Positions 1 through 12,350 of a DNA stretch of 64,000 bases are shown piece after piece (positions within the stretch are counted from its first letter, which is position 1; every line of letters starts with the position of its first letter). The notes under the pieces are model-generated. The model ran no database searches, was not told the origin of the DNA, and saw only the letters and a list, made by a program, of their open reading frames with translations. Location: contig OZ076409.1 of assembly GCA_964187785.1 (NCBI GenBank), positions 46,130,001 through 46,194,000 on the forward strand. The letters are read 5' to 3'. A program made the translations under genes and the position numbers. Origin of the DNA: Amphiscolops sp. MND2022. Lineage: Eukaryota.

Positions 1-1050
1 ATAACGCCGAAAATGTGTATCTTCGGTGTCTTCCGAACTTTTCATTCGAGACGGTAAAATACTGTAATAGTTTGGCGATTTCAGTCTCAACTTGAAGCGC
101 CGAGCAGACTACGAAATGCACGGATCAGATTTCAATTCATCCTAGCCCACACCATAATTTACAAGGTGGAAACCTTATCCAATATGCAATTAATTATTTA
201 ATTTACTTGGCGCTCAAGGTACCAGACATTCGACTTGTTCATAAAAACTAAATCTTACATTTTCTAAATCTGCCAAATTCAGACAATGACCAGGAAAGTC
301 AAAACTGAAACAAGACCAATTCTATTGCCTTTACGCTGTATAAAACATTTCAAAAACCAAGGAAAAATCACCCACGGAAAGAACGCCCAAAAGTTGAATG
401 AAAGACAACGTCAATACGAAATTACGATGACGTAGTCAGCTTTGGTCTTATACTTCTAGTGCCATAAATCCAGGAGCGAAGCGACGTGCCATTACTAATC
501 CAGTGGCTGGTTTTGACGAAGGCCACTCTGAATAGGCACAAAACTCCCCGTCTTAAGGAAGGCCGAGTCATACAAATAATTTTTTGATGATGATCGTTAT
601 GAAATAAAAATAGTTCTGCCAATAATTCAAATGGGCAATTTCTTTTCGGCGTTTTCCATAGTCGTTTTTTCCTATAACCAATAATTTGTATTTTAAGCAA
701 TGATTGATGTGAAATATAACATTAAGTTGATGGCTACCGATTACATGTTACTCAATGGTTTAGTACAAGTTCCACTATTCCAAGCGTTCTGGTTTCAAAG
801 CAGGTCTCCACTGAGTCTCCATTGTGCTATCACAGAGGACACAAACAACAATTGCAGGAAGATCAGATGTGGATCAAAAAAGCCGAGGAACGTTATTTTA
901 AAGAAAATTTGAAAACCTATTCAATATATAAAACTTTTATACCTCCTGATAGACAATCACAGACATCAAACAGACTGACAAAAAATATCAAATTTATCGC
1001 TGATCTGAATTATTTATATACTCATCCACCATTCGGATATTTATCACCAG
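1..1050 (+). pseudogene. Possible highly decayed LINE (endonuclease/RT) relic
   Basis: Scattered motif echoes only: FGDFSLN (GDFN-like) near 70-90 and NGLVQVP (GVPQG-like) near 750-775. No open frame. Confidence 0.25.
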
Positions 1051-1369
1051 CGAGGAGTGAATTAGGTTTTTACCAAAAACGCGTTTATCGCTTGTTCCGC
1101 TTGTGACTGTCCCCGCTTACGCTTAAGCGGCGCTTTTCGGAAGAAAACTTTGGCTCAGCGATTGTAAGTTTCAGAAGTTTTTAAGAAGCAATTTCTTAAC
1201 ATTTCGGAATTTTGGTTACTCCCTTCTTTCAGCAAACTACCACCACAAGAGACAAATGTGCTGGTGTCGGGTGAAACGCTCAGTACAAAAACCGGAGCCG
1301 CATGGGCGGTAAAGGAGTCGGAAACGGATTGAAATATTGAAAAACAAATTACCTACTTTATTGTCATTT

Positions 1370-1665
1370 GGTCATTTTTGGCTATATTTCTCAGATCCCA
1401 GTCGAACGATTTTGATGTCGTTGCACACACATGACCCTAATATGGTGTAGAATGATTGTGAAAAATTTTGTTTGAATCGTACGGACAGTTTTTGAGACAA
1501 TCGAAAAGTCCAAAAATGGTCATTCTTGGGCTAATTTTGACTGACTGTTTCTCAGATCCCAGTCATACGATTTTGATGTCATTGCGCACACGGGAGCACC
1601 TTTTGGTGTAGAATGACTGCAAAATTTTATAAAAAATCATATGGACAGTTTTCGAGAAATTTTCA
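1370..1665. repeat. Two diverged tandem copies of a ~160-bp unit
   Basis: 'tttctcagatcccagtc...cgattttgatgtc...ggtgtagaatga...ggacagtttt' occurs at about 1387 and about 1548. Confidence 0.6.
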
Positions 1666-1861
1666 TTGAAAGGTCCGGGAGAAAAAATGTACGATTGCAT
1701 AAGTAGTGGAAAATTTTTCCGACTCCCAAAAACTTGCCACTGAAAGAGTCGAGAACTTTTGTTACCAAAATAGCCAAAATTTCCGACCAATCAGATAAGC
1801 GCAATCTTCAATCGTTGGCACTTATTCGGATATTACATCGCTTTCGCTGACAAGCGACCTG

Positions 1862-2688
1862 CAGTATAATTCCAAAATGTTGAGTACGGCTTTCATTGCT
1901 GAAGAAGTTTTGTTAGCTACTAAAATCTCATGATCGTGAAATCATTCCACTTGTTTCAACCTTTAAACAAAATCAGAAATCGGAAATGCCAGCACCGGTA
2001 AATCTTTTTCTAGCGTTTCACTTTGAAAAGGGCAGGCTTTTCTTATCGAAAAACTGCTAATGAGCTAGGTTTCAAAGCCAACTCGAGAGTTGAGTCAGTT
2101 TATAACATCGAAACAACAGATACATAGTTCGGAATAGTTCAAGTTTTTCAAAGAAAAAGCAGTTGAAAACTGAGGAATGTGTCAACTGACCGACGATTTT
2201 TCATGTTTTGGGGCGCAATTCGATCAGATGGCCGAAAAATACTTGTAAAGTCTCTGAATACCCTAAACAGCACCATTTCTCTTGATATTCTGAAACGTTG
2301 AAGAAATGCATTTTCCAGGTTTGGTGTTCAACAAGACAACGCACCGGTTCATATGGCATCAAATAAAGAAATTTTTCTTTGAAAATGAGTGGGAAGTCCT
2401 CGATTGGCCACATTACAGTCCCAATTTTAAATTTTTTGAGAACCTTTGGGTTATCGTGAAAAGAAGGCCGGCAGAACAAACAGTTCCGTTGGAAAATTTA
2501 GAAGAAAAAGTTCAAGAAGAATGACAGCATTCCAGACCGACTAAAAGCAGTTATTGGCAGTGATGGACTCATTTCCTGATTCTGACAATGCTGTTTCAAT
2601 ACAGATGCTATTTTATTTTGAATTTATCTTGGATTTATTGTTTTTCTAAAAACATTTTTGCTGTACTCAACATTTTAGAACTAAAGTG
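1862..2688 (+). mobile_element. Tc1/mariner-family DNA transposon, decayed and internally deleted
   Basis: Imperfect TIRs cagtataattccaaaatgttgagtac / gtactcaacattttagaactaaagtg, followed by TA. Transposase remnants QQDNAPVH and WPHYSPNFKFFENLW match the Tc1 WPxxSPDLNPIENLW motif. Confidence 0.8.
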
Positions 2689-3771
2689 TAATTCACAGCC
2701 TTGGATTCAAGTCTAATAAAAAAAAGGTGATGTCGATTTCTAAATTTCAATCAACTTTCAAGTACGATTTTACCAGTGATCAGCTTGATTGAACGAAATT
2801 TAAAATTTGGTAATTCCAACTTTCAAGAGCTTCTGATAGAAAAGAAAGCCAAAATACAAGTTTTCAAAATTCTCGAGAAATAGCGGTATTCGTCTAACCT
2901 TGAGGAAGGTAAGTTGAAACAAGTTCTACGGCTAAGCTGAAATCAAAGAGAGACTTATCCTTTGCTTTGATTCTGTAAAACTATTGAAGTAATTGTCAAT
3001 GGAAAAGAAGTAATTGTGAATTTATTAGCTCTTACAGAAGAGAAGCAATAAAAAGAATTACAAAAAATTGTTACACATCCCTGAATACATTGACAGATGT
3101 GGGGACGAATTTCTCAGAGAAGAGTGGAGACTGTGTATTTAAAATGAAAGAAAGCCTATTACTGGCTGCCGGATTCCAGTTTCACAATCCGGAAAAGGCC
3201 ACTTACCATTGTACAATTTGTTCAGTCACCAAATCACAATTTCTAGTACAATGATGCAGGCTCTAGATTCAAACTGGAACCGATGTTGAATAATAAGGTT
3301 AAGTAGAAAAAGACTGTGAAGCCAATTGTACTGGAAAATTTCAATTTCTGTTTCCAAGATATTTCTTTTCTAAGGTCTGACAACTTGATCTCTGACGTGA
3401 ACCTGACAACAAAAGAAATAGAAAACAGTTTCCCTTGTTGACCTTAATGCAAAATGATGGAATAAATCTGTCAAGGTATGAACAAATTTTTAATGAAAGA
3501 ACTAAAACTGGCTTTATAGTTTGGAGAAATTCGAGTACTATGTTTTCTTGAGCTGATTCAGAGACCTGGTAAAGGCAAGATGAAGAAATTTATTGACAGT
3601 AAGGTCACGAGGTCAATGGTATTTGTGCAAATCCGGCCAAAAGAAATACTCCATTGAATTTTAAGAAATTCCACAGGCTGAGAACGGCCCAAATCGTCAA
3701 GAGCGCAAGGCATTAAAATAATTCATTGGGACGAAACGTTCATTCAAATGTATTTTTGGGATAGCCAATTT

Positions 3772-4299
3772 ATTCGTCGGCGCCCTTCGTAGAAAAATGC
3801 AGACTATAGTAGTGATTTTTTTAAGACCAGCGAAGTGACAGATTTTATAAACTTTATGAGCTGGCTTCCTTTAACTGCCACACTAATGTAAGTTGTGCAT
3901 AGAGGTTAATTGGGATTTTTTGAGGTCTGCCAAGCAGAAGTACGTGGGTTCGAGTCTCGCCCTGGATCACAATTTTGTTGTGCAGGTTATTTCGGCTTTA
4001 GGAGACTTTTTTCGCAATTTTTTTCAATGGGTCCGTCCAAAGGGTCCCTCTTCAATTTTTTTCATTTTGCAAAAGAATGGATGTTCAAAAAACCCCAAAA
4101 GCCCCCCTTTCAGATTTTTCGGCACTATGCGACTTACCGTAGACCTCAAAAATTTCGAAAAACATTCGAAAATTTTTTTTCGATTTTTTTCCTCATGCGG
4201 GTACTGATACTGTAGAAGAGAATACCTGACACTTTGAAGTCCTTTCGCTATTTTTTTAGCCTTAGATATGACGCCGACTTGGGCCGTTCCCGGCTGGTT
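3772..4299 (+). mobile_element. Non-autonomous Helentron/DINE-like element, family 1
   Basis: 5' sub-terminal repeat gtcggcgc with a nearby inverted partner. 3' gacgccgact followed by hairpin gccg-ttcc-cggc and a T-rich end. B-box-like ggttcgagtc near 3947. Confidence 0.65.
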
Positions 4300-4521
4300 T
4301 TTGAATTGAAACCACTTGCAAACATCGTCTGGGTTTTGTCACCGAGACTGGGTCACAGTTAGAGTTAACCGGCTGTTAGAAACTATTCTCGAAACTACTG
4401 TGACATTAGCAAACATTTCGAATTTTCCATGGGTTGACAAAAGCGGAAGAATGATTCAAAAACGAAACTGATTTCAATTACACATCAAAACCTGACCTTA
4501 TAACTGATTTACTCAAAATAG

Positions 4522-5040
4522 CCCCCTCCGGGGCTCAGTACTATTTCTGCTTTAATCTTTCCTTAATAATAGAATCATATCTGGAATACCAATACACTCT
4601 TGTTTAATCATTATTTAGCGCACAATTAATCACTGTACAAGTTTACACCGCCTTTAATTCTTCTCGGACTAAAGAAAATATAACTACTAAGCGTAGACGA
4701 AGTTTCGCATTCGCATTGAATGCAGGCGGAGCTCTCCGTGAACGAATAATTAACACTCATTTGCTTCATCTCAATAACTCGGGGCACCGAAAGCACAATT
4801 ACAAACATTCGCTCGCTTCATCCCAATGACGTCAGCATACGAATGGATAATTACCACTCGCTCGTTCCATCGGACGAGAATTGAATTGTCGTCAGCAGTT
4901 TGAGAAAATTAATTCCCACGCTTACAGTCGCTGCCGAACAAAATATCTGAATTATTCAGTATCGTGCCAAGAATGGTACTGAAAAAAGTAGACATTTTGA
5001 GATGACAATATTATTCCTGCTAAAGCAGAAATAATAAAAA
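4522..5040 (-). mobile_element. Non-autonomous Helentron/DINE-like element, family 2
   Basis: Hairpin cccc-tcc-gggg next to subTIR tatttctgcttta (~4542). The other end has taaagcagaaata within an imperfect palindrome. Internal ~50-bp tandem repeats. Absent from the paralogous empty site near 9710. Confidence 0.65.
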
Positions 5041-5221
5041 ATAGTTTTAGTACTTCTCGGAGATCGGTTTTAATATATTGAGTCTAGATTGCGAGCAACC
5101 TAACCGCAAGACTGAGTTGCACCACTCTTCTCGTATTTTAAGTAACGCATAAAGTTTAGGCCAAGTCACGTAGATCTAAAACAAGCCCGGGACGACGTAA
5201 GTCAGCGCCACGCTTCAGACT

Positions 5222-8200
5222 AAACAAGCCGGGAACGACCCAAGTCGGCGCCATATCTAAGGCTCAAAAATAGCAAAAGGACTTCAAAGTGTCAAGTATT
5301 CTCTTCTACAGTACCCGCTTGAGGAAAAATTGGAAAAAAAATTCCGAACTTTTTAAATATTTTTTTCGATTTTTTTGGTTTCCGGTAAGTCGCATAGTGC
5401 CGAAACATGTAAAAGGGGGCACTCTGGGAGTCTTTGTACATCCATGTTTTGCAAAATAGACAAAAAAATGACGGGTGGACCCTTTGGAGATATTTGCGAT
5501 AAAAAGTCTCACAAAGCCGAAAAAAATTTGCACAAAAAAATTTTGGTCAAGGGCGGGACTCGAACCCATGTCCTTCTGCTTGGCAGACCTCAAAAAAGCC
5601 GTAACCTCTATGCCAAGTGGCAGTGAAGTAGTGTGGCAGTGAAGTAGTGTGGCAGTTTAGTGTTAGTCGGTCAACTTATAAAATTTATAAAATCTGTCAG
5701 TTCGTTGGTCTTAAAAAAAACAAGCCGGGAACGGCCCAAGTCGGCGCCATATCTAAGGCTCAAAAATAACAAAAGGACTTCAAAGTGTCAAGTATTCTCT
5801 TCTACAGTACCCGTTTGAGGAAAAATTGAAAAAGAAATCCGACTTTTTTGAAATTTTTCAAATTTTTTTGGTCTCCCGTAAGTCGCATAGTGCCGAAAAA
5901 TTGTAAAAAGGGGCCCTTTGGGAGGTTTTGAACATCCATTCTTATGCAAAATAGAAAAAAATGAAGGGTGGACCCTTTGGAGACATTAAAAAAAATTGCG
6001 AAAAAAGTCTCACAAAGCCGAAAAAACCTGCACAAAAAATTTGATCAAGGACGGGACTCGAACCCACGTCCTTCTGCTTGGCAGACCTCAAAAAGCTTAA
6101 TTAACCTCTATGCCAAGTGCCAGCATTGATAGCTAGCGTTGCAGTTACTGTTAGTGCAGTGAAGTCAGCTCAGCTATTTATAACTCTTTATAAAAACTGC
6201 CAGTTCGTTGGTCTTAAAAAAACAAGCCGGGAACGGCCCAAGTCGGCGCCATATCTAAGGCTCAAAAATAGCAAAAGGACTTCAAAGTGTCAAGTATTCT
6301 CTTCTACAGTACCCGCGTGAGGAAAATTTAAAAAAATCCGAATTTTTTTGAATTTTTTTTCGAAATTTTTTTGGTCTCCGGTAAGTCGCATAGTGCCGAA
6401 AAATTGTAAAAGGGGCCCTTTGGGAGGTTTTGAACATCCATTCTCATGCAAAATAGAAAAAAATGAAGGGTGGACCCTTTGGAGACATTAAAAAAATTTG
6501 CGAAAAAAGTCTCACAAAGCCGAAAAAACCTGCACAAAAAAATTTGACCAAGGACGGGACTCGAACCCACGTCCTTCTGCTTGGCAGACCTCAAAAAGCT
6601 TAATTAACCTCTATGCCAAGTGCCAGCAGTGATAGCTAGCGTTGCAGTTACTGTTAGTGCAGTGAAGTCAGCTCAGCTATTTATAACTCTTTATAAAATC
6701 TGTCAGTTCGTTGGTCTTAAAAAAACAAGCCGGGAACGGCCCAAGTCGGCGCCATATCTAAGGCTCAAAAATAGCAAAAGGACTTCAAAGTGTCAAGTAT
6801 TCTCTTCTACAGTACCCGCGTGAGGAAAATTTAAAAAAATCCGAATTTTTTTGAATTTTTTTCGAAATTTTTTGGTCTCCGGTAAGTCGCATAGTGCCGA
6901 AAAATTGTAAAAGGGGCCCTTTGGGAGGTTTTGAACATCCATTCTCATGCAAAATAGAAAAAAATGAAGGGTGGACCCTTTGGAGACATTAAAAAAATTT
7001 GCGAAAAAAGTCTCACAAAGCCGAAAAAACCTGCACAAAAAAATTTGATCAAGGACGGGACTCGAACCCACGTCCTTCTGCTTGGCAGACCTCAAAAAGC
7101 TTAATTAACCTCTATGCCAAGTGCCAGCAGTGATAGCTAGCGTTGCAGTTACTGTTAGTGCAGTGAAGTCAGCTCAGCTATTTATAACTCTTTATAAAAT
7201 CTGTCAGTTCGTTGGTCTTAAAAAAACAAGCCGGGAACGGCCCAAGTCGGCGCCATATCTAAGGCTCAAAAATAACAAAAGGACTTCAAAGTGTCAAGTT
7301 TTCTCTTCTACAGTACCCGCGTGAGGAAAAATTTTAAAAAAATCCGAGTTTTTTTGAATTTTTTTTTCGAAATTTTTTGGTCTCCGGTAAGTCGCATAGT
7401 GCCGAAAAATTGTAAAAGGGGCCCTTTGGGAGGTTTTGAACATCCATTCTTATGCAAAATAGAAAAAAAATGAAGGGTGGACCCTTTGGAGACATTAAAA
7501 AAATTTGCGAAAAAAGTCTCACAAAGCCGAAAAAACCTGCACAAAAAAAATTGATCAAGGACGGGACTCGAACCCACGTCCTTCTGCTTGGCAGACCTCA
7601 AAAAGCTTAATTAACCTCTATGCCAAGTGCCAGCATTGATAGCTAGCGTTGCAGTTACTGTTAGTGCAGTGAAGTCAGCTCAGCTATTTATAACTCTTTA
7701 TAAAATCTGTCAGTTCGTTGGTCTTAAAAAAACAAGCCGGGAACGGCCCAAGTCGGCGCCATATCTAAGGCTCAAAAATAGCAAAAGGACTTCAAAGTGT
7801 CAAGTATTCTCTTCTACAGTACCCGCGTGAGGAAAAATTTAAAAAAATCCGAATTTTTTTGAATTTTTTTCGAAATTTTTTGGTCTCCGGTAAGTCGCAT
7901 AGTGCCGAAAAATTGTAAGAGGGGCCCTTTGGGAGGTTTTGAACATCCATTCTTATGCAAAATAGAAAAAAAATGAAGGGTGGACCCTTTGGAGACATTA
8001 AAAAAATTTGCGAAAAAAGTCTCAAAAAGCCGAAAAAACCTGCAAAAAAAATTTGATCAAGGACGGGACTCGAACCCACGTCCTTCTGCTTGGCAGACCT
8101 CAAAAATCTTAATTAACCTCTATGCCAAGTGCCAGCAGTGATAGCTAGCGTTGCAGTTACTGTTAGTGCAGTGAAGTCAGCTCAGCTATTTATAACTCTT

Positions 8201-8336
8201 TATAAAATCTGTCAGTTCGTTGGTCTTGAAAAAAAAGAAGTCACTACTATAGTCTGCGTTTTTCTTCGAAAAGCGCCGACTAAAAAAAGAAGTCACTACT
8301 ATAGTCTGCGTTTTTCTTCGAAAAGCGCCGACTAAA
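5222..8336 (-). repeat. Tandem array of six ~502-bp family-1 Helentron-like units with two terminal hairpin ends
   Basis: Unit starts aacaagccgggaacg at about 5223, 5719, 6221, 6724, 7225 and 7731. The terminus agtcactactatagtctgcg...gcgccgact occurs twice, at about 8239-8281 and 8291-8333. Confidence 0.9.
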
Positions 8337-8371
8337 AAACGCAAAGGAGTTGTAGTAGCATAGAAACTGTT

Positions 8372-8950
8372 TTTAGTCGGCGCCTTCTCCTTTAAGGAAA
8401 AAAGCCCGACTATTACAGTGGCTAATTTTTTTTCTTTTTTTTTCGTCAGACCACAGAGCTCATCGCGTATGTACCACTTTTTACAGAAACTGAGAAGACT
8501 ACTCAGGCCAAGTCAGGCCAATGGAAACTTAGTGCAAAGGGTCCCCCTTTCATTTTTTACGTAACCCTTTCAATTTTTTTTCGGCACTGTGCAAAATTTT
8601 TTTCGAAAATTTTTTAAGGTCTCAAAAGAGTCCCTCCTTCGAGTTTTTTGATATTTTGCAACAGAATGTATGTTAATGAATCCCAAAGGGTCCCCCCTTT
8701 TCATTTTTCGGCACTATGCGACATTTTCGAAGCTTTTTTCAAAAAAAAATTTCAAAACAATTTTCAAACTTTATTCTGTTCCCAGTCGGGAAACAGTGAT
8801 TTTCCAGTCATATCGAGCATGAAAGGCACACTTTGGGTGTCTCGAAAGTGTTTTCAAAGCTTTTCATGAATACGTCCTGAGCATATTTAGAAAACTTTGC
8901 GCTTCTTGAGCCTTAGATATAGTGCCGACTTTAGACGTTCCCGTCTTGTT
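8372..8950 (+). mobile_element. Helentron/DINE-like element, family 1 variant
   Basis: Runs from tagtcggcgcc...gcccgacta to gccgactttagacgttcccgtcttgtt. A close copy lies at 11738-12350. Confidence 0.65.
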
Positions 8951-9999
8951 TAAATTTCAGTGCCAAAATGCAGGAGCATCCTCTGGGTTCAAAGACTTTT
9001 TTCCGAATGAAACGATCAAAAGCCAAACCGGGACACTTGTGTGAATAAAAAAAACATTTTCGAAAACTTGCACAGTGCCGAAAAAACACTGGCACCCTTG
9101 TAATTCAAAAAAGGTTAAATTTAAAACCCGTTGGTCTTCTTTAGATTTTAGGTGATCGACAAGATTTTTCTGGTCACTTCGAGCCGATTGAAATTTTTCA
9201 AAAAAAACACGACGAAAGGCAACTTCAAGGCCTGAAATCTTGTCTCTATATTACAAGAAAGAACCCAAGAAATCCGTCAAAGACAAAAATCACAATACTT
9301 AACGAATCGAAAATTTATCCAAAAATACATTGGTGGAATGAAGCTGAAAATCAATTCCTTTTGCTTTTCGACTCTTCTTTTTCACCATTTAGAGTTTCAC
9401 GCTCTTTGACTATCTATCAAAAGGTTTCACATAGCAAGTTTTCTGACTTAGAAAGACTGGAACAATTTTGAAACTTAGCTTTTACCGTTTCAGTGCTTAA
9501 AACTGTACGCTTCTTGAGAATTTAGTTTTATCCAAGAACCCTAGTCTTCAATTCGAAACCTTCGTGCATTGATGGTACTCAAAGGATAATGAGTGGGAAC
9601 GGAACACTTTCGGAATATTCGGGGCTGACAAACGCGGAAGAATAAAAGCCACCAAAAACTGACTGCAATTATAAATCAAAACCTGGCCTTATAACTTATT
9701 TACTCGAAATAGTTTTAGTACTTGTCGGAGATCGGTTTCAATATATTGAGTCTAGATTGCGCGAAACCTAACTGCAAGACTGATTTGCGCCACTTTTCTC
9801 TTATTTTAGGTAAAGCATAAAACCTAGGCCAAGTCGCGTATATTTAAAACAAGCCCGGAACGACAAAAGCCAGTGCCCGCTTCAGACTCAAAAAACGCAG
9901 AGGAGTTTTATTAGCATAGGAACTGTTTTTTCAAATATTTCAGTGCCACAAAATGGAGCACTCTTTGGGTTCAAAGACTTTTTTCCAAATGAAATGATC

Positions 10000-10740
10000 A
10001 ACAAGCCGGGAACGGCCCAAGTCGGCGCCATATCTAAGGCTCAAAAATAGCAAAAGGACTTCAATGTGTCAGGTATTCTCTTCTACAAAACTCACGTGAG
10101 GAAAAAATAGAGGAAATTTTAAAAAATTTGAAAATTTTTTGGTCCTCGGTAAGTCGCATAGTGCCGACAAATGTAAAAGGGGGCATTTGGGAGTTTTTGA
10201 ACATCCATTCTTTGGAAAAATAGGAAAAAATGAAGGGGGGACCCTTTGGAGACATTTGAAAAATTTGCGAAAAAAAGTCTCACTGAGCCGAAAACAACTA
10301 TTGGAAGCATTTGAAATATATATATATATTTAAAAAGTATTCGCTTAAAGTCGCACAGTGCCGAAAAACCCAAAAAGAGGTCATTTAGGCCCATTAAACG
10401 TTTTTTACAAACCGAAAACTTCAAAAAAAATGCAAGGGGTACCCTTTGATGCTATTCGAAAATTTTCGAAAAAAGTCGCAGAGTGCCGAAAAAACCCAAA
10501 GGGGGGACCCTTTGGTCTCACCTGCTGTACTTTTGGAAGCATAAAAATATTATGGTTTAGTGCGAGAATCGAACCCCCGCTCTCCGGCTTCAGAAATTTA
10601 GTCGAAGATGAACAACAGAACAGATGAACAAATTGTAAAAAATGGACCATTCAGAGTGAGATTGTAAGCTGAAAAAGAAAAAAAACTACCCACTGTAATA
10701 GTCGGGCTTTTTTCCTTAAGGGAAAAGGCGCCGACTAAAA
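10000..10740 (-). mobile_element. Helentron/DINE-like element, family 1 variant
   Basis: aacaagccgggaacggcccaagtcggcgcc at one end and tagtcgggc...ggcgccgactaaaa at the other. B-box-like cassette near 10562-10595. Confidence 0.65.
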
Positions 10741-11737
10741 ACCCAAGTTTTCTGACTTAGAAAGACTGTGGAACAATTTTGAAACAATTTCAGTGCTTAA
10801 AACTGTACGCTTCTTGAGAATTTAGTTCTATCCAAGAACCGTATTCTTCAATTCGAAACCTTCCTGTATTGACCGTCATCAAAGGATACTGAGTGGAAAC
10901 GGAATTTTTTCTCTCATGACTGTATTTGACTCACCCATATTGTTTTATCCTTTGTAGTATCAAAATCATGGCTTTGTAATACTTCCATCTTCAGGACAAT
11001 CTGCTTCTACGTAAAGTTTTTGAGCGATAAACTTGAAAAGGTAACAGCTTGTTTAGGTTTAATAGTTAAACCTATATTGAAAATGATCTGAACTTAACAC
11101 GTTGTTCGAAACAGACTTCATTTTGGACTGGAATCAATTGTTAGTAGCGGAAAAGTGTTAGTAGTGGAAAAGTTACTTTAGCTCCTTCATTCAATTAGCA
11201 GAAAATATTTTTTAAGAAAAAGTTCAAAAACTTCTTGATTGATATCCAAAGAGCCCAAAGATCCATAGAAGAATATGCTAAGGCACTTCCTATAGTTTTC
11301 ATTTCATTGCACACAAAGGCTCCCGTGTACTTCCCTATAATTGAGCAAAGTTCACGAATTGCAACCCTAACTGGATACTAGAAAAAGTTCAATGCACGAC
11401 TGCATGCGAACTCAAACTGTAGACGAAAGGTAGAAGACATCCAAAACACAAAAACTCGAGAAATTAGAATTTGTGAAACAAATGCCACATTGCTTTCTGC
11501 TGGCTATCGAATACTGGGCGTGGGAGTATTCCAACGAGAAGCCGAAAGATCGCGAGTATACACTAAAACAGAAAAAATGTTGATACAAACGAAATAATTA
11601 ACACACCCTTTTTCTCTTGGTATATAAATGGTCGCAGTCATTAACCCTAAAGAACCTAGTGGTGCTTTAAAGCAGCCTACCTTTTTTACAATTTCTGATT
11701 CCTTTTGCCAGTAGCCCATTTTCTCTAACACAGTGTT

Positions 11738-12350
11738 TTTAGTCGGCGCTTTTCTAGGGAAAAGTGCCCGACTCTTACAGTGGCTAGTTTTTTTTCTTTT
11801 TTTTTCGTCAGACTACAATCTCACTCTGATTGGGCCACTTTTCTTACAATCGAAACTACTAAAACTACTAGCATAAGAGGCCAAGTCCGGTCAGCGGAAA
11901 TTAGTGCAAAAGGGTCCCCCCTTTCATTTTTTTACCTTTTTTACGTAACCTACAAAACCGGAAGAGACCAAAGGGTCCCCCCTTTCAATTTTTTTCGGCA
12001 CTGTGCGAAATTTTTTTTGAAAATTTTTTAAGGTCTCAAAAGAGTCCCCCCTTCGAGTTTTTTGATATTTTGCAACAAAATGTATGTTAATAAATCCCAA
12101 AGGGTCCCCCCTTTTCATTTTTCGGCACTATGCGACATTTTCGAAGTTTTTTCAAAAAAAAATTTTCAAATTTTATTTTGTTCCCAGTCGGGAAACTGAT
12201 TTTCCAGTCATATAGAGCATGAAAGGCACACTTTGGGTGTCTCCAAAGTGTTTTCAAAGCTTTTCATGAATACGTCCTGAGCATATTTAGAAAACTTTGC
12301 GCTTCTTGAGCCTTAGATATAGCGCCGACTTTAGACGTTCCCGTCTTGTT
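11738..12350 (+). mobile_element. Helentron/DINE-like element, family 1 variant
   Basis: Same termini and body as 8372-8950. Confidence 0.65.

Noticed and set aside
2700..3720. Possible decayed transposase or host exons
   Set aside because: It looks coding-like in places, but I found no identifiable motif or consistent frame.
5222..8336. CRISPR array or repeated small protein genes (67-aa ORFs)
   Set aside because: Whole 502-bp units repeat with no unique spacers. The ORFs start at non-ATG codons and vary with homopolymer indels.
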